Shown piece by piece: positions 44,190 through 50,585 of a DNA stretch of 64,000 bases. The translations under genes and the position numbers were made by a program. The stretch covers positions 49,505 through 113,504 of the forward strand of contig CACLSR010000001.1 in NCBI GenBank assembly GCA_902609685.1, written 5' to 3'. Position 1 is the stretch's first letter; each line of letters begins with the position of its first letter. This DNA comes from an uncultured Pelagibacteraceae bacterium (GTDB lineage Bacteria; Pseudomonadota; Alphaproteobacteria; Pelagibacterales; Pelagibacteraceae). The notes under the pieces were generated by a model. That model searched no databases. It was not told the origin of the DNA and was given only the letters and a program-made list of their open reading frames with translations.

Positions 44190-44903
44190 TTATCCACCCA
44201 CCTTGTCACTTTTTTTTAAATTATGTCTTCTGCATAGAAGTTGAATATTTTTTGCATCTTTTGAAGTGCCGCCCTTTGAGAAAGGAATAATATGATCTAA
44301 ATGTATGTGGTCTTTTGATCCGCACTTAACACATTGTCCCTTGTCTCTTTTATAAACCTCAATCTGAATATGTCCTGGAATAATTCTGTTATCTTCAGGT
44401 AAATAGCCGTCTTCATTTTGGAAATCTTCTACGCTTTCATTTGTTAAAACTAATTTAAATATATGAACTTTTCTGTTGTTTGAATTTTCTTGGGAAACAT
44501 CAACCAAATCAAAAACTCCATTGAATGACCAAAGTCCCTTTTTAATTTTTTGATAAACTCTAACTTTTTCTGGTTTTTGCAACTCATCCTTAAAATAGTT
44601 TGCAGCTTTAGCAAACTTACCATTTTGAGTAAGTTTTCCGCTTGGGAAAAAAAGTGGTTGATCAACTGTATAAGGATCCTTACCATCGCAATATCTTTTA
44701 TTAAGATTATGACCAACATAATAAATTATTTTACCATCCTCACTTATTTTGTCTTCATAAGGTGCATCGTCACGAACTGACATTAAAACTATAGAATAAT
44801 TTTTATTATTTGTTCTAAAATTCATTCCACTTTCAGGGCGAAAACCCTCAGCATCTTCAATCTGTTTATATGAAATAATCTGTGTCACGTAATAATAAAC
44901 CAA
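44190..44903 (-). CDS. SRA/YDG-like domain + HNH nuclease (candidate type IV, modification-dependent restriction endonuclease)
   Basis: 237 aa. The N-terminal half has EGFRPESGMNF...YSIVLMS...YEDKISEDGKIIYYVGHN...EKVRVYQ...WSFNGVFDLVDV, laid out like an SRA domain. The C-terminal HNH reads CVKCGS...HLDHIIPFSKGG...NIQLLCRRHNLKKSDK. A TTG start is implied, because the SRA-like sequence begins before the first Met. Confidence 0.6.
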   Translation of the reverse strand: MVYYYVTQIISYKQIEDAEGFRPESGMNFRTNNKNYSIVLMSVRDDAPYEDKISEDGKIIYYVGHNLNKRYCDGKDPYTVDQPLFFPSGKLTQNGKFAKAANYFKDELQKPEKVRVYQKIKKGLWSFNGVFDLVDVSQENSNNRKVHIFKLVLTNESVEDFQNEDGYLPEDNRIIPGHIQIEVYKRDKGQCVKCGSKDHIHLDHIIPFSKGGTSKDAKNIQLLCRRHNLKKSDKVGG

Positions 44904-44931
44904 GAACCACGATCCCTAAAAGTTTTTTCAT

Positions 44932-45246
44932 TTAATGATTTGTATATGCATCCGGATAGTTGGTTAAATGTTCATCTGAAATTGGTATCATTACAGCACT
45001 CTCTAGAACAGCACCTGCTTCTTTTCTTTTCTCAGCAAGTTCCTTATCATCTTTAAAAGCTTGAAGTGATCCCATATTTGGAAATTGCATTACTGTATGA
45101 AGTTTTGTCGGGTCATCTTTTTGTACCCCTGCAAAAACAAATTTTATTCCATGCTCTTTTAATTTTCCATCCTGTGCATAGACCATTTCTTTCCATGTTT
45201 TAAATCCTTTAGTAATTGTAATTTCACCTTTTACTAATATTGCCAT
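44932..45246 (-). CDS. Small hypothetical alpha+beta protein (ferredoxin-like pattern; resembles, from memory, DUF3764-type proteins of marine picoplankton)
   Basis: 104-aa ORF with a strong SD (AAGGAG 5 nt before the ATG), 28 nt upstream of the nuclease gene on the same strand. Confidence 0.5.
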   Translation of the reverse strand: MAILVKGEITITKGFKTWKEMVYAQDGKLKEHGIKFVFAGVQKDDPTKLHTVMQFPNMGSLQAFKDDKELAEKRKEAGAVLESAVMIPISDEHLTNYPDAYTNH

Positions 45247-45298
45247 ATGAATCTCCTTATTTATATTTTTAAAGTTTTTTTATTATTAAAACTTTAGC

Positions 45299-45320
45299 AG
45301 TGTGCCCATAGTGTGACCAG
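45299..45320 (+). repeat. Motif copy A: AGTGTGCCCATAGTGTGACCAG
   Basis: 17/22 identical to copy B. Both are followed by ..ATATTT..AGATT. Confidence 0.45.
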
Positions 45321-45371
45321 ACTAAAAATATTTAAAGATTATTGTTGCAAACAAATGTTTATTTAAACTTT

Positions 45372-45434
45372 AGCAATTGATTTGTAATCAATAGGTCCGC
45401 GGTTCGAATCCGTGCGGGGGCACCATCACTCAAT
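45372..45434 (+). repeat. Direct repeat copy 2 (attR-like): partial tRNA-Thr pseudo-copy
   Basis: Identical 63 bp to 44020-44082. It lacks the tRNA 5' half. Confidence 0.9.
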
Positions 45435-45453
45435 AAAATCAATAATTTTTTAT

Positions 45454-45474
45454 AATTTGATTTTTAATCAAATT
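45454..45474 (+). other. Perfect 9-bp AT-rich hairpin 20 nt after the attR-like repeat
   Basis: aatttgatt-ttt-aatcaaatt followed by tt. Confidence 0.3.
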
Positions 45475-45483
45475 TTAATATGA

Positions 45484-45505
45484 AGTGTGACTATAGTGTA
45501 GTCAG
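45484..45505 (+). repeat. Motif copy B: AGTGTGACTATAGTGTAGTCAG
   Basis: 17/22 identical to copy A. It lies 50 nt after the attR-like repeat. Confidence 0.45.
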
Positions 45506-45550
45506 TTTTTTATATTTTTAGATTTTATGTATTTTAAGTTATAAATAAAA

Positions 45551-46591
45551 ATGGATAAATTAGTCGTAATAAATAATGAAAAAATTTCACAACAAAATCA
45601 AAGTTTTTTTTCAAGAAATTACATCCTTAAAAGATTGCCTGAAGGGCTGACCAAATATTTTAATGTTGAGTTAATAGCAAGAAAATCGAATTTGAGTGAA
45701 AACCATGAATTAAAATTAAACAATATAAGAATAGCATCAAATATTTTTCAATTTATTTTTTTTTTAATTTCATCTTTTAAAAATGAAAATACAAAATATT
45801 TCATTATTAGTATTACACCATATACTTTTATATCGTGCCTTGTTTTGTTTATTTGTAGGAAAAAAGTTTTTTTATATTTGATAAGCAATGGTCAAGAAGA
45901 ATGGAAAAATTTATTTGGAAGTTGGTCTGTATGGATTTATAATGTTATGTTTTCTATAGTCACATCTTTATCAATTGTGATAACTATCAGCGAAAAAATT
46001 AATCAAAGGAATAAATTTCATTTAGTTGACTCATCATTTTTAGATGAAAAGTGGTTTGTAAACTTTAAAAAACCTCTAATTGACAAAATCAGATTTTTAT
46101 ATGTAGCAAGAATTAATCCAGTCAAAGGCTTAAATGAATTTTTAAAAATTTTTAAAAACATTAAATTTGACTCAGAATTATCGATAATTGGAAAAACAAG
46201 TAATCTCAAACATCAGAGAGAATTAGAGAAAATAATAAAAAATACAAAAAATATCAAATTTTATGGATACATAGATAAAAGACAAGATTTAATAGATGCA
46301 TTTGATAGTCATAATATATTAATTTTACCATCTTACACAGAAGGTCAACCATCTGTTGTAGATGAGTCTTTAGCAAGAAGAAGACCTGTTATAATTTTCA
46401 AAGACATTGCTCATATAATAAAAGATAGGAAAGGAATTTTCGTGTCTAATAGAGACATAGATTCTTTAAGTGAAACTGCAAGATTTATTATAGAAAACTA
46501 TAAAAAAATTCAAAATGAAATTGAGCAAAATAAATTTATTCTCGAAAAGGAGATGTTTAAACAAATTTCAGAAATCATCAAAAAATATTAA
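45551..46591 (+). CDS. Glycosyltransferase, GT-B fold (GT4-like)
   Basis: 346 aa. The C-terminal half has ...ILILPSYTEGQPSVVDESLARRRPVI..., typical of GT4 donor-binding domains. Confidence 0.7.
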   Translation: MDKLVVINNEKISQQNQSFFSRNYILKRLPEGLTKYFNVELIARKSNLSENHELKLNNIRIASNIFQFIFFLISSFKNENTKYFIISITPYTFISCLVLFICRKKVFLYLISNGQEEWKNLFGSWSVWIYNVMFSIVTSLSIVITISEKINQRNKFHLVDSSFLDEKWFVNFKKPLIDKIRFLYVARINPVKGLNEFLKIFKNIKFDSELSIIGKTSNLKHQRELEKIIKNTKNIKFYGYIDKRQDLIDAFDSHNILILPSYTEGQPSVVDESLARRRPVIIFKDIAHIIKDRKGIFVSNRDIDSLSETARFIIENYKKIQNEIEQNKFILEKEMFKQISEIIKKY

Positions 46592-46618
46592 AATTAGATA
46601 TAAATTTGGTAGGATCAT

Positions 46619-48871
46619 CTAATAATATTTAGATATATCTTTCAAATTTTCTATGAGTTTATTTTTATCCCCTTTTAAAAAGTTTACTTTTAATTTTTCA
46701 AAATAAATTTGAAATTTATCTAAATTTTGTTTTTTATTATTAACCACAAAAATTTCATTACTTATTTTTTTTAAAGTCTCTTTTTTATCCTTAAGAGTTT
46801 CATTTAATTTTTCACCAGGTTGTAATCCTATTTCTCGATATTCAAAGTTATAATCATTATTTATTTTATTTTTAATTTTAGCTAAGTTTTTTGCTAATTG
46901 TAAAATATTTACTGGTTTACCCATATTTAAGATAAATGTATTTGCTTTAAAATTTATATTAGTTGTTTGTAAAACAAGGTGGCATGCCTCCAAAACTGTC
47001 ATAAAATATCTAGATGCTTTTTTACTTGTGATTTCAATAGTACTTCCACTATTTATCTTATCTAGAAAATTATTTATTGCTGACCCTGAACTTCCAAAAA
47101 CATTTCCGAACCGGACTATTTTTATCTTTTTTTGGCTCTGATATTTTTGATTAAAAAACTCACATACTTTTTCAGCTGATCTTTTAGTATGTCCGAGAAT
47201 AGATATCGGGTTAGCAGCCTTGTCCGTAGATATGAATATCATTTCACAGGAATTTTTAAGAGCTAATTTACAAATGTTGAATGTGGCCATAACATTATTT
47301 TTAACAGCCGAGTAAACGTTATTCTGCAGTATGTTTACATGTTTGTATGCTGCAGCGTGAAAAATTATTTGAACTTGATTTTTTTTAATTATTTTTTCCA
47401 AAAATGAGTGATCACTGACATCAATTAGTTGATAATCAATTTTATTACTAAATATTTTTTTACGATGGTTGTAAATACCAATTTCTGATTTATCTACAGC
47501 TATTACTTTTTTAACGTTATGCTGAATCAATTGTCTACATATTTCAGAACCTATCGTACCAGCTGCACCTGTGACTAAAATAGTTTTATTTGATAATTTT
47601 TTAATCTTTTTAAACTTTATTTGTTTTCTATTAAGAATAGAATTAATTTCATTTAAATTAAGATCTTCAATATTAATCTTATCTGAAATCAAAAATTTTT
47701 TTTCCGGTAAATATCGAACATCAAAAAAATTAGTTTTAATTTTTTGAATCATTTTTTCTAATGTTTTTTTATTGAGAGAGGGAATTGTCAAATAAATTCT
47801 TTTAATTTTAAAATTCTTTCTTATTTCGAGTAGACTTCTAAAACTTATTATAGGAATACCTTCATAATTAGTATTTTGTATCTTCAAATCGTCATCGACA
47901 AAAAAAAGTGTATTCTCATTATTCTTATTTAACTCGTGATAAATTTGTTTTCCAGCATTCCCTGCACCATAAATAACCACTCCATCAAGTTCACTTATTC
48001 TCACCTCTTTTTTTTGATTTATAGTGGGTTCTATAATTTTTTTATTTATCTTTAATTTTTTCTTTAAATATTTTCCAAGATTTAAGAATTTAAAATTTTT
48101 AAGCATTCTGATTAAATTTTGATTTTGTGCTACAGAGTTATGTACTTCATCAATATTATTTATCTTAATGATTTTTGAGTTTTTAAAATTTGAAAAATCG
48201 ACAATATCTTTGATTAAATATCCACTACCTGTGCCAACATCATAAATTCCACTAATAATTTTCTTTTCAATAAATTTTTTATAAATTATTGCAATATCTT
48301 TTACATGAATAAAATCTCTTATAGAATTTCCATTATTTATTAGGAAAATTTTTGTATCTTTCTTTTTGGAATTTATTATATTTTCAACAAAGGAAAACTT
48401 ATCTAATGGATCTCCATATGTATTATATAATCTCATAATAAAATATTCTTTTTTCTTTTTATTGGCGTAATTTATTATCAGCTTTTCAGCGGCTAATTTA
48501 AAAGAGGAATATAATTCTCTGTTGTAATTATCTTTTTTTGTATAATTCAAATGTTCAGAAATTCTATAAATTGAAGCACTACTTGTGTAAATTATCTTAT
48601 TTATTTTGTATGATGGAACTTTTTGAAAGATGAGTGAAATTTTTTCAAGAGATAATTCACAAAATTTTTTATAATCATTATGATTTAACATATTTAAATT
48701 TTTTGACGGATAAAAATTATTAAAAATTAAGTTAATCTTTTTAAATTTTTTAAATCTATCTTTAAGATTTGTTTCATTTAATTCATTTGCAGAAAATAAA
48801 AGTGAATTTTTTAAATCTTTATAAATGTATTTTGATATTGAGCTATTTTTACCAATAATTATATTTTTCAT
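46619..48871 (-). CDS. Fusion of an N-terminal extended-SDR epimerase/reductase-like domain with a CapD/WbpM/PglF-type nucleotide-sugar 4,6-dehydratase
   Basis: 750 aa. In aa 1-275: YTSSASIY, YSSFK (YxxxK), RLYNTYGD, IRDFIHVKD. From aa 300 on: IYGAGNAGKQI and LVTGAAGTIGSE, a CapD-like layout. There are no N-terminal TM helices. Confidence 0.75.
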   Translation of the reverse strand: MKNIIIGKNSSISKYIYKDLKNSLLFSANELNETNLKDRFKKFKKINLIFNNFYPSKNLNMLNHNDYKKFCELSLEKISLIFQKVPSYKINKIIYTSSASIYRISEHLNYTKKDNYNRELYSSFKLAAEKLIINYANKKKKEYFIMRLYNTYGDPLDKFSFVENIINSKKKDTKIFLINNGNSIRDFIHVKDIAIIYKKFIEKKIISGIYDVGTGSGYLIKDIVDFSNFKNSKIIKINNIDEVHNSVAQNQNLIRMLKNFKFLNLGKYLKKKLKINKKIIEPTINQKKEVRISELDGVVIYGAGNAGKQIYHELNKNNENTLFFVDDDLKIQNTNYEGIPIISFRSLLEIRKNFKIKRIYLTIPSLNKKTLEKMIQKIKTNFFDVRYLPEKKFLISDKINIEDLNLNEINSILNRKQIKFKKIKKLSNKTILVTGAAGTIGSEICRQLIQHNVKKVIAVDKSEIGIYNHRKKIFSNKIDYQLIDVSDHSFLEKIIKKNQVQIIFHAAAYKHVNILQNNVYSAVKNNVMATFNICKLALKNSCEMIFISTDKAANPISILGHTKRSAEKVCEFFNQKYQSQKKIKIVRFGNVFGSSGSAINNFLDKINSGSTIEITSKKASRYFMTVLEACHLVLQTTNINFKANTFILNMGKPVNILQLAKNLAKIKNKINNDYNFEYREIGLQPGEKLNETLKDKKETLKKISNEIFVVNNKKQNLDKFQIYFEKLKVNFLKGDKNKLIENLKDISKYY

Positions 48872-48885
48872 ATTTAGCCTTGTTA

Positions 48886-49656
48886 CTATGAGGTTTCTCG
48901 GCGTAATTGTTCTAGTTTAATCTTTTTTTGCAAACTTTTATTCTTGTCATACAAGAGGTTGAATTTTATTTTTTGGTTTGTTTTTACAACAATATTCTTA
49001 GCATTTCTTATTTCAATGTTATCTGCAACGGCACTGATAGGTCTTTTTTTTGAATTTAAGTTTTTAATTAAAATCTTTGACCTATCACTTACTATTTTCC
49101 CTTTCCATCTTCTAGGTCTAAATGGACTTATAGGTGAAATAGATAGTTTTTTTGAGTTTAAACTCAGGATTGGTCCATGAACTGAAAGATTATACGCTGT
49201 ACTTCCAGCGGGTGTTGAAACCAAAACACCATCAGAAACAAGTTTTTTAATAACTTGTTTAGAGCCATGATTAATTGATAAAGAAGCGGCTTGTCTACTT
49301 TGTCTTAAAATTGAAACTTCATTTATAGCTATATGTTTTTTAGTTTGATTTTTATTATTCTTAACAACCATCTCTAGTGGAGAGATGGTTATCATTTTTG
49401 CTTTATGTAAATTATTTATGAGATTTTTTGACGAAAATTTATTCATCAAAAAACCATAACTTCCTGAATTTATGCCGTAAAAAAATTTTTTTGATTTTCT
49501 ATTTTTTTTTAATGTTTGCAGCATGAAGCCATCACCACCAATAACAATTATAATGTTAGATCTTTTAACTTTATTTTGACTAATTTTTTTTTGGATTACT
49601 GATTTTATTTTTGAAGATTTTTGGTTTTTATCAGATATGATTTGAACCCTGTTCAT
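48886..49656 (-). CDS. nadK: NAD kinase
   Basis: 256 aa with motifs IVIGGDGFML and VSTPAGSTAYNLS. Confidence 0.9.
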   Translation of the reverse strand: MNRVQIISDKNQKSSKIKSVIQKKISQNKVKRSNIIIVIGGDGFMLQTLKKNRKSKKFFYGINSGSYGFLMNKFSSKNLINNLHKAKMITISPLEMVVKNNKNQTKKHIAINEVSILRQSRQAASLSINHGSKQVIKKLVSDGVLVSTPAGSTAYNLSVHGPILSLNSKKLSISPISPFRPRRWKGKIVSDRSKILIKNLNSKKRPISAVADNIEIRNAKNIVVKTNQKIKFNLLYDKNKSLQKKIKLEQLRRETS

Positions 49657-49660
49657 TTAA

Positions 49661-49746
49661 TGGTGCCCTCGGCCAGACTCGAACTGGCACTCCGCAAGCG
49701 GCAAGGATTTTAAGTCCTTTGTGTCTACCAATTTCACCACGAGGGC
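49661..49746 (-). tRNA. tRNA-Leu (anticodon UAA), long variable arm
   Basis: Reverse complement GCCCTCGTGGTGAAATTGGTAGACACAAAGGACTTAAAATCCTTGCCGCTTGCGGAGTGCCAGTTCGAGTCTGGCCGAGGGCACCA. Confidence 0.9.
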
Positions 49747-49755
49747 ATAAATGAA

Positions 49756-49833
49756 TTTCATGAGTGTTTATGCTAATATTTATAGTTCAACAAGGGTAAT
49801 AAGTAAAATTTTTTTCATGAGTATTTATACTAA
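49756..49833. repeat. Two 21-nt imperfect direct repeats (19/21) upstream of tRNA-Leu
   Basis: tttcatgagtgtttatgctaa (49756-49776) and tttcatgagtatttatactaa (49813-49833). On the minus strand they contain CATAAA and TATAAA. Confidence 0.6.
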
Positions 49834-50564
49834 ATTTTGATTTTTAAATTTTCATTTTTGATCCAAATCCAATTATTTATAAATACTGGATTAGTAATCA
49901 TGTTGAGTCTAGGTATATAGTATTTAGTATTCTCAAAATTTAATTGTTCAGTAATATTTGCCATCACACTATTTGTCATAAACAACATTTTTGCTTTTTC
50001 AATCACTTTTAACCAGTCAAGCACAAAACCATCATTGGTAATTTCAACAACCTGAAAATCTTTTGGGATTAAAGACAAATCAAAAGCTGCAGTGTGATTA
50101 CTTGCTTTTATATGTGTAACAACAAAGTTTTTATTTTTTACAAACCTGTTAAATATCTCATCTTCTCTATGAGTATCTCTTTTTATACATTCATTTAATT
50201 TCCATTTATAAAAAAATGGAACACCAGCTTTAATATATTTAAATTTATCAAAAGGTACGAAAGGAAAATATGGCGTATTAGATAATTCAGGTTTTGATCT
50301 TAAAAAATTATACAAAGGAATTTTTTTTTCTACTCCAATTGAATCTAAAATCTTTACTGGTTCATTATAAGCTTGATCTTTATTTTCTCTTGATATTCCT
50401 ATCCAATTAATCCAGGGCACATAATGTTTCATTTGGGTAACCCAGTTTTCAATTATTGGCCAATATATTTCAAAATTTTTTTTATGATAAAACAATGCTA
50501 TAGGCAAAGCTATATGAATATCACCCAAGCCACCTGTTTGTATCAATCCCAATTTTTTCTTCAT
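49830..50564 (-). CDS. Hypothetical protein, possibly a compact GT9 (heptosyltransferase)-like glycosyltransferase
   Basis: 244 aa. N-terminal LIQTGGLGDIHIALPIA and C-terminal ...LDWLKVIEKAKMLFMTNSVMANI resemble GT9 signatures. The similarity is weak. Confidence 0.4.
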   Translation of the reverse strand: MKKKLGLIQTGGLGDIHIALPIALFYHKKNFEIYWPIIENWVTQMKHYVPWINWIGISRENKDQAYNEPVKILDSIGVEKKIPLYNFLRSKPELSNTPYFPFVPFDKFKYIKAGVPFFYKWKLNECIKRDTHREDEIFNRFVKNKNFVVTHIKASNHTAAFDLSLIPKDFQVVEITNDGFVLDWLKVIEKAKMLFMTNSVMANITEQLNFENTKYYIPRLNMITNPVFINNWIWIKNENLKIKI

Positions 50565-50585
50565 TTTATTAAAAATTAGTCTTTA

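Larger units (their letters stand above)
44020..45434. mobile_element. tRNA-Thr-associated integrated islet (att-like direct repeats, no integrase; remnant or trans-mobilised)
   Basis: A perfect 63-bp direct repeat at 44020-44082 and 45372-45434 brackets 1,289 bp carrying two minus-strand ORFs. Confidence 0.55.

Noticed and set aside
44450-44780. 89-aa (minus) and 76-aa (plus) ORFs inside the HNH nuclease gene
   Set aside because: They are alternative-frame or antisense ORFs within a gene that has clear domain motifs, with no independent support.
44074-45550. Search for an integrase, excisionase or transposase associated with the tRNA-Thr repeats
   Set aside because: No ORF with recombinase-like motifs (R..H..R..Y, DDE, serine recombinase) exists between or next to the repeats. 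The element is therefore described as an integrase-less islet, not a prophage or ICE.
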